A model generated the notes under the pieces. It was not told where the DNA came from, did not search any database, and saw nothing but the letters and a program-made list of their open reading frames with translations. The translations under genes and the position numbers were made by a program. From Mobula hypostoma (taxonomy: Eukaryota), in contig NC_086115.1 of assembly GCF_963921235.1 (NCBI RefSeq), forward strand, positions 59,272,001-59,336,000: 64,000 nt of DNA. The letters are read 5' to 3'. Each line of letters starts with the position of its first letter. Positions within the stretch are counted from its first letter, which is position 1. Below, in pieces: positions 49,701-61,844 of the stretch.

Positions 49701-52700
49701 ATATTGGAAAGGGTTCAAAGGAGATTCACAAAAATGATTCCAGGATTGCAACTTTATAAATCTCTAGTTAGGCTACATCTGGAGTACTGCATACAGTTTT
49801 AGTTGCCCCACTATAGGATGGATGTTGAAGCTTTGGAGAAGGTGCAGAAGAGGTCAGCAGAAAGCTGCCTGGTTTACGGGGTATGTGCCTAAAGATAAGA
49901 CAACTTGGGTTGTTTTCTCTGGAGCAACAGAGACTGAGGGGAGATCTGAAAGAGGTTTACAAGATTGTGAGAGACATAGCTAGAGAAGACAGGGAGTATC
50001 TGTTTCCCAGGGTAGAAATGTCTAATACCAGAAGGCATGCATTAAAGGTAGAGGGGATAGGTTCAAGGAGGATGTGAGGGGTAGGATTTTTACTCAGAGA
50101 GTGGTGGATGCCTGGAACGCACTGCCTAGTATGGTGGTAGCAGCAAATACGTTGAATTGAATTGACTTTATTTCTTACATCCTTCACGTACATGAGGAGT
50201 AAAAATCTTTACATTACATCTCCGTCTAACTGTGCAATGTGCAATCATAATAATTTATACCAAATAGAACTGTTGATTTAACATAGAAATACACTCAAAT
50301 CTGTGTGAGTTAATCAGTCTGATGGCCTGGTGGAAGAAGCTGTCCCGGAGCCTGTTGGTCCTTGCTTTAATGCTGCGGTACCGTTTCCTGGAGCTGGAAT
50401 AGATTGTGGCTGGGGTGACTCAGGTCCCCAAAGATCCTTCAGGCCCCTTTCTCACACCTGTCTTTGTAAATATCCTGAATCATGGGAAGTTCACAACTAC
50501 AGATGTGCTGGGCTGTCTGTACTACTCTCTGTAGAGTCCTGTGATTAAGGGAGGTACAGTTCATACCAGGCAGTGATGCAGCCAGTCAGGATGCTCTCAA
50601 TTGTGCCCCTGTAGAAGGTTCTTAGGATATGGGGGCCCATACCAAACTTCCTCAACCGTCTGAGGTGAAAGAGACGCTGCTGTGCCTTTTTCACCACACA
50701 GCTGGTGTGCACAGACCACGTCAGGTCCTCGGTGATGTGGATGCCGAGGAGCTTGAAGCTGTTTACCCTCTCAACCCCAGATCCACTGATGTCATTTGGA
50801 GGCTTTAAGAGACATTTAGATAGGCACATGGATGTGAGGAAGATAGAGGGATACGGACATTGTGTAGGTAGGAGGGATTAGTGTTTTGCTGTTTTGGATT
50901 TGCTTTTTAGCTGGTTTGGCATAACATTATGGGCCAAGGGGCCTGTTCCTGTGTTGTACTCTTCTATGAAAGGCTTATCATATGAGGAGTGTTTGAAGGA
51001 TCTGGGCCTGTACTCGCTGGAGTTTAGAAGAATGAGTTGGTATCTCATTGAAACCTATCGATTGTTGAAAGGCCTCGATAGAGTGGGTTTGGAGAGGATG
51101 TTTCCTTTAGGGGAGGAGTCTAGGACCAGAGGACACAACCTCGAGGGACGCCCATTTAGTGTGGCGAAAAGGTGCAATTTCTTTAGTCAAGGCGAATCTG
51201 TGGAATTCGTAGCCTCAAGTGGCTGTGGAGGCCAGGTCATTGATGCTGTGTTTTTAAAGAGGAGATTGATAGATTCTTGATAAGTCAGGGTGTGAAAGGT
51301 AACAGGGAGAAGGCAGGAGGTTGAGAACCAAAGGGATCAGCCATGATCTAATGATGGAGCAGACTCAGTAGGCCAAATGGTTTAATTCTGCTCCTATGTC
51401 TTATGGTCTTATGTATCAAAATAAGCAAGAAATTGTCAAATGGAGGAAATCTTGGTGAAAAATCTTTTGTTATTCCTTAAGGAGATAGCAGGCAGGGTAG
51501 ACGAAGAAGAATCAGTGGATATTGTTTACCTGGGTTTTCAGAAGGCCTTTGGCAAGATGCCACAAATGAGGCTGCTTTACAAGACCCCATAGAATTACAA
51601 GAAAGATACCAGCATGGATAGAAGATTGGCTGATTGGTAGGAGGCAAAGAGTGGGAACAAAAGGGGTCTTTTCCGATTGGCTGCACTGCAGGGGTGACTA
51701 ATACTGTTCTGCAGGGGTCAGTGATGGGACCACTTCTTTTCGTGTTATATGTCAATGATTTGGATGACAGAAATCGATGGCTTTGTGGCCAAGTTTGTGG
51801 ACAACATAAAGATAGGTGAAGAAGTGGGGAGTCTGCAGAAAGACTTCGATAGATTAGGAGAATTGGCAAAGAAGTGGCAGATGGAGTATAGTGTAAGGAC
51901 GTGTACGGTCATGCGCTTTGGTAGAAGGAATAAAGACATAAACTGTTTTCTAAATGGGGAGAAAATTCAAAATCAAGGTGCAAAGGGTCTTGTGCAGGAT
52001 TTCCTGAAAGTAAACGTGCAGGTTAAGTCAATGGTAAGGAAAGCAATTGCAATGTTAGCATTAATTTCGAGAGAACTAGAATATAAAAGTAAGGTTCAAA
52101 GGTTCATTTATTATCAATGTATACAACTCTTCTCCAGGTAACCATGAAACCAAGAAAGAAAAGGAAGAAAGGCAGCATGATCATCAACCCCAAATTTCTC
52201 CTCCCAGCACAAAAGAAATACAAAAAGGGAAGAGGCACATCAACCCCAAATTCCTCCTCCCCCCACAAAAATGAGAAAGATTGGGTGAAAAATACAGTAT
52301 ATAAAAAACCATAACACTGAAAAAAAGTCTATCGTCCAAGTCCATATCCAAAACGCAGAAATCCTGAGTAAAATTCTCCGGGCACAGTGGCAGGCTCCCC
52401 TCTCCGGTAGCAGAGTGATCCCATCAGTGATCAAAAGACAGGTAGCTGGCGCTCACCGTCTGCACTCACCTTGATATTTCAATCTCCCTAGTCGCTTTAA
52501 TCAGTGAAATGGAGTCAAACATTGGCTCGTGCCCCATCCTGCAGCTTGCCCACCACAAGGTTCGCACACCCTGCCTCTGTATCCCGGAATCCTCTCGGAG
52601 ACTGCAGAGTGTTGGCGCATCCAAACAATCTCCAAACTTCCGCATTCGCCTCAATATTTCAATCCCCTCGTCGCTTTAATTGGTGAACAATGGAAGTTTT

Positions 52701-53535
52701 AATCGACAAAATGGAGTTGACCATTGGCTTGCGCCCTGTCCCACAGCTTGTTCGCTGTGAGGTTCGCACACGCTGCCTCTGCTTCCCGGAATCTGCTCGG
52801 AGACTGCAGAGTGCTGAAACACCCAACCGCTATCTCAACAGCAAATCACAGGCTCCAACAGTTCGCAAAAGACATGAAAGAAGTAAATATAAGGTTTCCT
52901 GATCTATCCAGAAGAAGTCAACCAAAGGACCATTGGCAGGTGCCATCTAGATCGGAAGTCAAGGATGTAATGCTGAGGCTCTATAAGACATTGGTCAGAC
53001 CACACATGGAGTACTGAGCAATTCTGGACTCCTTATCTAAGAAAAAATGTGCTGACATTGGAAAGGGTCCAGGGGAAGTTCATCAGAATGATTCTGCGAA
53101 TTGAAGTGTTAATGTATTAAGAGTGTTTGATGGCTCTGTGTCTGTACTTGCTGGAGTTTAGAAGAATGAAGTGATTGAATATTGAAAAGCCTGGAGTGGA
53201 TATGGAGAAGATGCCCACTGTAGTGGGAAGGTCTTGGACCAGAGAGCACAGCCTCAGAACAGAAAGACTTCCCTTTAGAACAGAGATGAGGAGGAATTTG
53301 TTTAGCCAGAGGGTGCTGAATCTATGGAATTCATTGCCACGGATGGCTGTGGGTGCCAAGTTTTTGGGTATATTTAAAGAGGAGATTGATAGGTTCTTGA
53401 TTACTCAGGGCTTCAAGGTTCTGGGGAGAAGATGAGAGAATGGGGTTGGAAAGGGATAATAAATCAGCAGTGATGGAATGGCAGAACAGATTCAATGGGC
53501 CGAATGGCCTAATTCTGCTCCTATGACTTATGGAA
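49701..53535 (+). mobile_element. Cluster of nested CR1 fragments, with an inserted Rex-like LINE (50155-50790, minus) and an ~865-bp insertion (52093-52958)
   Basis: CR1 reading frames break and resume across each insertion. Confidence 0.8.
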
Positions 53536-53684
53536 CATTTCATGTTATCAATTTTGGAAGGAATAATGAAGAGTGATCTGGAGGTCTTAGTGGATTTTAT
53601 GGAATAGAGATAGAAAATAGAAAAAAGAACAACACAGAGGGCCTCCTCCAGACTCATTGACAGAATGACATTTACCATCACAGT

Positions 53685-55322
53685 AGTAGTTATAGGGGAT
53701 TCCATAGTGAGGGGAACAGACAAGAGATTCTGCGAGCTGGACAAGGATACCCGGATGGTGTGTTGCCTCCCCGGTGCCAGGGTACAGGATGTCTCAGATC
53801 CGGTCCAGAGTATTCTGAGGAGAGAGGGCGAACAGCCAGAAGTCTTGGTGCATATTTGTACCAATGACATAGACAGAAAAAGGGAGGAGGTCCTGAAGCT
53901 GGGAAGAAAATTGAAAAGCCAGACCTCCAGAGTAATAATCTCAGGATTACTGCCTGAGCCACGTGCTAATGAAGGTAAGAATAGCGGAATTAAGCAGATG
54001 AATGTGTGGCTAAGTAACTGGTGCAGGGGGCAGGGCTTCAAATTCTTGGACCATTGGGATCTATTTTGGGGGAGGTATGACCTATACAAAAACGATGGGT
54101 TACACCTGAATTCAGAAGGTACTAATATCCTGGTGGGATTGTTTAATATAGCTGTTAGAGAGGGTTTAAACTAAGTTGGCAGGGGGAAGGAAACCAGGGT
54201 GTTTGGGTCGAGGAAGAGGAAAATAAAAATAAGTCGAAGATACTGTGCAGCAAAGATGGCAAGAAGGACAGGCAGGTGAACAGACAGGATAATTTGCTGT
54301 GCAATAGAAATATAGCAAAATCGGTAAGAGATACTGATCTGAATGTACTCTACTGGTTTCATGAAGGGAAGATCCTGCCTCACCAACCTATTGTGGTTAA
54401 GTTTGCGGGTGACAGCAAGATAGGTGGAGGAGCAGGAAGTGTTGAAGAAATGGAAAGGTTGCAGAGAGACTTGGTCAGTTTAGGAGAGTGGCCAAAGAAA
54501 TGGCAGATGAGATACAATATTGAGAAATGTATGGTTGTACATTCTGGAAGAAGAAATAACCGGGCAGATTATTATTTAGATGGGGAGAAAATTCAAAAAT
54601 CGGAAGTGCAAAGGGACTTGGGGGTCCTCGTGCAGGATACCCTAAAGGTTAACCACCAGGTTGGATTGGCAGTAAGGAAAGCGAATGCTATGTTGGCATT
54701 CATTTCAAGAGGAATAGTGTATAAGAGTAAGGAGGTGTTGATGAGTCTCTATGGGGCATTAGTGAGACCTCATTTGGAATACTGTGTGCAGTTTTGGGCC
54801 CCCTATCTTAGAAGTGATGTTCTGGTGTTAGAGAGAGTTCAGAGAAGATTTACAAGGATGATTCCTGGAATGCAGGGGCTAACATATGAGAAGCATTTGT
54901 CGGCTCTTGGACTGTATTCATTAGAGTATAGAAGAATGAGAGGGGATCTCACAGAAACATTTTGAATGTTGAAAGGGTTGGACAGAGTAGATGTGGAAAG
55001 GCTGTTTCCCTTGGTGGGTGAGTCCAGGACAAGAGGCCACAGTCTTAGAATTAGAGGGTACCCATTTAAAACAGAGATGAGGAGAAATTTTTTTAGCCAG
55101 AGGGTCGTGGATTTATGGAATTCGTTGCCACATATGGCTGTGGAGGCTCGATCATTGAGGAGAAGATTGGTAGGTATCTAATTAGTCAGGGTATCAAGGG
55201 ATATGGGGAAAAAGCCAGAAATTGGAACTAGATGGGAGAATAGTTTAGCTCATGGAGGAGTGGTGGAGCACACTCGATGGGCCAAATGGCCTACTTCTGC
55301 TCCTTTGTCTTGTGATCTTGTG
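53685..55322 (+). mobile_element. Internally deleted CR1: ORF1 SGNH-esterase domain joined to the ORF2 3' part
   Basis: GDSIVRG, CLPGARV, HICTND, DGLHL (ORF 53665..54174), then RT C-terminus (ORF 54276..54965) and tail. Confidence 0.9.
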
Positions 55323-55955
55323 AATGAGTGGAATGGGAAGGTGGGAATAATGAGAGAGCAAAATTCAACTTACAACATATGTTAATAAGCAATTAAATGA
55401 TTGGATTGTGTTTGATTTCTCAAATAGAGATTGGACTGATAGCCTAATCTGGCTGTGCTGCAATTTGGAAGAATTATTTCTACAAAAATACCTTGAGGTG
55501 CTTATTGTTAACTGTTGTAACACCAGCAGAAGTAACAGCACTTATGTAGGAGATATAAGGGATGAAAAAAAGTAGTTAGGCCTTTCATTTTAAGTAGACA
55601 AGCAGGGTGGAGTGTGTCTGGATAATTCTATAGCAAATGTTACTGAGACCGGGTAGAAATACTTTTCATAGCTGAGCCAGATGGTAAAAGCAATAAATTC
55701 AACAGTAAGCCATTGATTTTTTTTTTGCATCTTAAAAATGCACTTGTAAAAATCAGGAAATAATTATGTGTTGCATGCTTTGTGCCTTGAGACTTGGGCT
55801 GGACCTGCAATTACCAAAGACCTGGCTAACACCTTACTGAATAACCTGTCAAGACAGCAAAGACATGGGACTATCAGCATTTCGCAATAGCTACCCAGTT
55901 CACCCTTACAGTAGAAATTTCCAACGTTCTCTGCACAATCCAACACTACCATATA

Positions 55956-57136
55956 TAGTGGATTCCGGTTAATCAGGACACTTTGGGACCAGTATATTTT
56001 TGTCCAAATAAAAAGCTGCCCTAATGAGCTTTAAATAGTTAAAAAATGGAAATAGTTAAAAAATTATAAAAACACAAACTACCCTTTATCTGAGTAAGAA
56101 ATTATGTATTTAAATGGAATACCGAACAAATTAGAACACTACCAATACTACTACAGTACTATAAAACTGTATATTGGTTCCTAATAGTTATCAGTGGAGG
56201 AATTTGTTCAGAGTTTGCTGCCGTGATCTTTTGATTGACTGTAAATGAACAACATCAGTGCAGGTAATGGACTGCCTTCATACAATGCTTTTGAAGATTG
56301 CATCCTCCAAATCTTCATTTAGATTGTACCTTTCAAGATGATTGTCAATAGCATCAAATTCCTCATAGTTCCTAATCTGTTGAAGTAGTGAACTTGCTTC
56401 TTTTTCACTCCCAGCTACTTTTGGCGTCTCCAAGCTTCTGTGCTTGAAACTGCAGTGAGCTAAACAGTTCTGAATCGTCTTACTGCTAATTTCTCGCCAA
56501 CAATCAGTAACAAAAATCATTGCTTTTTGAAAACAAACAAACACAACTGACATTATTTAAAAACTGTTCACTCTGAGCATGGTGTAGTTGTCTAATCCCC
56601 ACACAAAAGTGCATGTGTCTGACGCTAGTTAGAAACTATTCAGCAACAGTCTCCTATCCCAATTACACAGCACAGTTTCCGGGGAGGAGATGTGTCTCTA
56701 GCAAAGGTGTTCCTTCCCTCCACTAGCCTGCGGCTTATCCTTGGGCAAGGTGCTGTGTCTCCCGATCAGGGTCACGTGAAGCCGTGGGAGTGGGTAGTAG
56801 ACGGCCATATGAGCAGCTGGTGCATATCACAAATCCTGATTATGCAACCACTGATGCCAGGCAGACAGTCTCTGAAGAGTATTGATAATGACTGGGGTTA
56901 TCCATCTTTTAAAGTCACTGCTCAGAAGAAGACAATGGCAAACCACTTCTGTAGAAAAATTTGTCAAGAAAAATCATGGTCATAAGACATATGATACAGC
57001 ACATAATGATGATGGGTGTCTCAGATAAATGCAGGGGATCCCAGCTGTTTTTTTTCCTATTAGTTTTTTGTTCTTTGTGTTCCCAAATAATTGGCTGCAC
57101 TGGTTAACTGCAGGCCTAATTAACCAGAATTTACTG
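55956..57136 (-). mobile_element. Tigger/pogo-like DNA transposon remnant with a nested RTE-tail SINE (copy 5, 56686-57012, +)
   Basis: TIR Yagtggattccggttaa / ttaaccagaatttactg with TA flanks; AMIFVTDCWREISSKTIQNC is a DDE_1-like C-terminus. Confidence 0.78.
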
Positions 57137-58876
57137 TACAAGCTAATCTTTGCTGTGTACAGTATGGTGTTAGGAAGCTGATCTTTTTAGCAAGGCCAGT
57201 AGTTTTGACGTTATTCCTTTCTGAAAAAGGACGAGAATCAACTAAAATATGTCCTAAATGTACTTGGTTCTAAATGTTTTTGTCATAGAATTGTAAAGCA
57301 CAGAAACAGGCCATTCAGCCCAACACTGACACTTGGGAACCCTTCTTGTTAATCCTTCCTTTAGGAATTGGTCCACTGCCTACTACGACTGGGCTATTGA
57401 TATGCTCACCTGGACATATCTTAAATGCTGATAGTGACCCAGCTTTTAGACAGTATATTACCTCTCTCTGGGCGAAGAATATCTCCACTCATTCTCTCTT
57501 ATCATAAATCTGTGTTCTCTAGCTTTACCTACCTCCGATTCAGGGAAATGTTTCCTACAGTTTAACCGTTTTATACCTCTTATCATTTTAAGTGCCTCAA
57601 TCACATCCCTTCTTCATCTCCTCTGCTCCAGGGCAAACAGACCAAGCTCCTCATAACTGAGAGGCTCCCAGGTAATATCCTGGTTGATCTCCTCTGCACC
57701 CTTACCAGCTCACTTGATCTATCTATCTACCTACGTAACTATCTATTTATTTAATGATACATTGAGGAACGGACCCTTCTGGCCCTCCAAACTGCATTGT
57801 CCCAGCAACGCTGGTTTAACCCTAGGTTAATCACGGGATAATTTACAATGACCAATTAACCTACTAAGTGGTACACATTTGGGCAGTGGGAGGAAATCAG
57901 AGTACCTGGGGAAAACCTATGCGTTCCACAGGAAGGACATGCAGATCCCTTATAGATGACGCTGGAATTGAAATCCGATGTTCCGAGCCCTAATAGTGCT
58001 GTGCTAACCTTTATGTTACTGTGGCACCCATCACGTGCATTGCTCACATTCTTCCTCCAGCAGGTTGATAGAACTGAATGCAATACTCCAACTAAGGACT
58101 GGCCAGCATTTTATGAACTTGGATAATTATCTCCCTACACCTGTATCTACATTCCAACTAACGAAGACCAGTATTCCATCCACTTTCCTAAACACATTAA
58201 TTATTTCTGCTGCAACCTTCTAGAATCTATCGCCTTGTACCCGAAGGTCCCTCTGTTCCTCTCTAGTCTCTATGATCTTACCATTCATAGTTGAATTCGC
58301 AGCCTCTTTAGTGTTTCCAAAATTCAACACCTTATATTTGCTTGGACTAAACTCCATATGCCATTTTCAGCCATTTCACTTGCACATCGTTATTTACCTG
58401 CAGCCTAAAGCTACCTCTCCACGCTATCCACAGCAGCACCAGACATCGTGTTACTCGTGAATTTACAAATTTTATCTCCCACATTCACATCCTTGTCATT
58501 CATGTCTCAAATGTCTGGAATTCTTTTTCATTTTTAGTTATGTGTCACTGAAAGAAAATAAAACTTCTTCTAAGCACATTGCAGCCCTCTGGCCTATACT
58601 GTTGTGACATCAGCTCAGTTTTCTCTTTGCTAGAGAAGTCTTATCAGATGGCATTCCTTAGACCTTCGCATTTCACAATTTTTAATTTCTTGTTTGTCTT
58701 CTGTCTCAGTAACATGTCAACCTGATAATTTCATCAACAGATTATAACCAAGAGTAAATGTTGTCTTACCCTGTCACAGTTATTCTTCGTCCTGTCCATC
58801 CATTACTCAGCCTCTTTGCTATTTAAAGTTGTCTTGTTGGAAGTGAAGGTGAAGGTTGGTAGCTCAGGTTGGCTGC

Positions 58877-59354
58877 TTGTTTGTAGGGTTGTATACTGAT
58901 CCTGGAGGTCAGGTCACAAATGTTTTGTCACCAGTCGCAGTGACATTATCAGTGTGCAATCGAATGTTGTTTCTGCCGAGTGCTGGTGTTTCTGTAATCC
59001 AACGCGCTGTTCTGATTGGTTGGCTGTCATGCAGGTCGCTAGTCTCTGCTCAATCCCAGCCAACCGATAGCTGAGTGATCTCTGCTGGTCCGTATCCCTG
59101 GTTATCGGTTGTTGTGACCAATGAACCAGTAACCAGGGATATGGGCCAGTGTGGATCACTCAGTTATCTGTTTGGCCAGGACCCAGCCGAGACTAGTGGC
59201 CAGCAAGACAGCCAACCAATCAGAACAACGAGTCCGACCAATGCAAACATGAGCACTAGGCAGAAATAATGATCAGGTGCGCACTGATGATGTCACCTTG
59301 ACTGGTGAAAAAATGTTTTTAACAACTAGGCTCAGCAAACAATCCTACAAACAA
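58877..59354. repeat. ~480-bp imperfect palindrome (fold-back element) with a decayed hammerhead motif in each arm
   Basis: The arms align over ~230 bp (about 75% identity by eye) around a short centre at ~59116. Confidence 0.88.
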
Positions 59355-59679
59355 AAAGCTATCTTGTTTTCTCTTCTTCCCAATTCTGACAAAGATCTTC
59401 TTCCTGAAATTTTAAATTTTTTTGCTTTCACTTGACGCTCACATTTCCTAGTTTTATTCCTATTTGCTTAATCTAATGTAGACCAAAGCAATTACACTAA
59501 TAATCAATCCAGCTGAATTTCCTGTATAGTAACCAAGGCTCACCCAGACATAAAAGATCTTATGATCCTATTTCAAATTAAATAATTGTTATGGCTAATA
59601 TTTATCTCTAATTCATTGTTACTGAGGAAAATCCCATTATCATGTGTTTATTCCTGAAGGTTGTCGTAACCAGACTGTT

Positions 59680-60225
59680 AGTGGGGATAAGCTCCCACGA
59701 CCTACTAAATGCTCCCAGTGGCCTGCGACTCAAATCGCTTCTGACAACCAAGTTCAGCTCCTGGCTTTCACGTGTGGCTTAGCTGCTAAGCCCGGCAGAA
59801 CCACTTCTGACAGGAGGTGGGCTACTGGCGCCTTAAAACCAGTCACCTCGGGCGGGATGGGGCTCACCATCAATGTTGGCAGCTTTCCCAGGAGAGGGAA
59901 AATTCTGATCTCAAAGCTCTGCTGCTTTGCGGCTATGGCCACTCATGGGGAAGGCTTCAGGGCTAAACCCCGAGAGAAAAATCCAGAGCTGGAGCCCTGA
60001 AGCAGTCCTATGTGAGCTCAACGTTGACTGGCAATGCTACTGCTGAACGGTACCGGTGACTGGTTTTCCTTTGCATTCATCAGCTGTATGGAGAGGGGGA
60101 GCCTACTGCATGGACAACAGTCTGCCCTCCATATCGTACTACCCTAGCTGCATCCGGTCTTACGTATCACATAGACAGCTAGGACACAACATCCATAGTC
60201 ATCCACAACCAGTGGAGGGCCTCAT
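59680..60225 (+). mobile_element. RTE-related non-autonomous retroposon / 5' UTR-like sequence
   Basis: Leading hairpin gtggggataagctcccac; motif ggagagggaaaattctgatctcaaa resembles RTE 5' UTRs. Confidence 0.5.
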
Positions 60226-61844
60226 CACGCTGCTATATCTGGAGTTAATCCTGCAAGCTTCCTTTATTGCAACTTTGCCTACATTCTCCAAGTGCTTCCC
60301 TGGCTACCAGATTCTCGTAAAAGTCTAAAAAAAACCCTGAAAGTTATAGTATAAACACAGAGCACAAAGAAGTCTCACAAAATGCTGGAGGAACTCAGCA
60401 GGCCAGGCAGCATCTAGGAAAAGAGTACAGTTGATATTTCGGGCCAAAACCTTTTAGCAGAACTTCGCTGGACACTTTGGATTTCCAGCATCTGCTGATC
60501 TGCTCTTGTTTGTGACACAAAAAAGTCAGCCCAGCAAGTCAGATGGCAGCAGTGGAGGGGAATAAAACTGCCTGCCTTGCTACATTCCTCCCGTTTTTTG
60601 TGTGTGTTTCTCAAGGTTTCCAGCATCTGTAGAATCTCGTGGATTTCGTGTCAACAGAACTCTTTCTTTCCGTGAAGAACATTTGCACATTGATTCTAAG
60701 CAGAATTATTGTTGCCAGACTAGCAAACAGAAATTTGCTAACAAGGAGAAAATGAGAAGTTTTAGAATGCATAGGAATCAACAGTTTAATAATAGGAACA
60801 ACTCACCTTAACAACCTTAAATAGTGGGAATTCTTTCCAAAATATCAAAGGGAATAAAATAAAGGCACATAGATCCTGCTGAGTATTGCAGTCCCGAGAA
60901 TGAATCTGCAATATATGAGAGATTTCTATAAACATATTTATCATTGCAGAAATGCTCTTATAGCAAGGATTTTTTTTTATCTCAGAGGTGGGTGTGTAAA
61001 GCTAATCCGTACAGTTTATTTTAATCTTCCTTCAAGCCTGTGGGATGACACCTTGCTGAAAGGCAAATACTCAAAGATCTTTTGAATACTTCAGCATGAC
61101 ATGTACAGACTAAAACTATCTGCTTGTGTGGCCATTTGGTAAAGCTGATGATACAATAATTGCATCACTCTGCCAAAAAAGGGTTTGGCAAGCAACACAA
61201 AATGTTGGTAGAAGTACATAAATGTAACTGTTACATGCTTTATGTCCATTGTTCCTGAAAACCAAACACTAGGATAGGCCCATACATGCAGATCTACAGA
61301 TTTAGCTGCACACTTGGCTGCCTCATTTATGCAAATGCTTCATAACATTTCTTTTGTAAATTCCTTATTCATTCAAAACTTACAATTTTAGCCATCGTTT
61401 GTAACGGAGGGGAAAATATTGATTTGAAATCTGTTTAATTTTCTCTTTTAATTGGAAGGTGGGCATAAACACAGCTCTCTTTTTCTATGAAAAACTCTTG
61501 AGCAGTTATTGTTGCTGGACCAACAACCAATAAGAAACTTGTTCATGAAATCAGAAAATCGAGAGGCCTCTTGGCACGAAACGTCAACTACTTATTCATT
61601 TCCAAAGCTACTGCCTGACCTGCTTAGTTCCTCCGGCATTTTGTGTGTGTTGTTTTGCATTTCCGCATCTGCAGATTTTCTCATGTTTATAACCCATTCC
61701 TGTTGTCACATTCCCAAGTAGTTTAAATCTATGCCCCTAGGTTAGCAAGCATTCTGCATTGGGAGCAGTTTTCCTAATCTATTCTATCAAAGAACTGCAT
61801 ACTTGTCAAAGACCCCAACTATTTCCCTTTTTTCAGGTTCTCAG

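Noticed and set aside
53331-54089. 252-aa minus-strand ORF
   Set aside because: Antisense shadow of CR1 ORF1 and the adjacent CR1 tail
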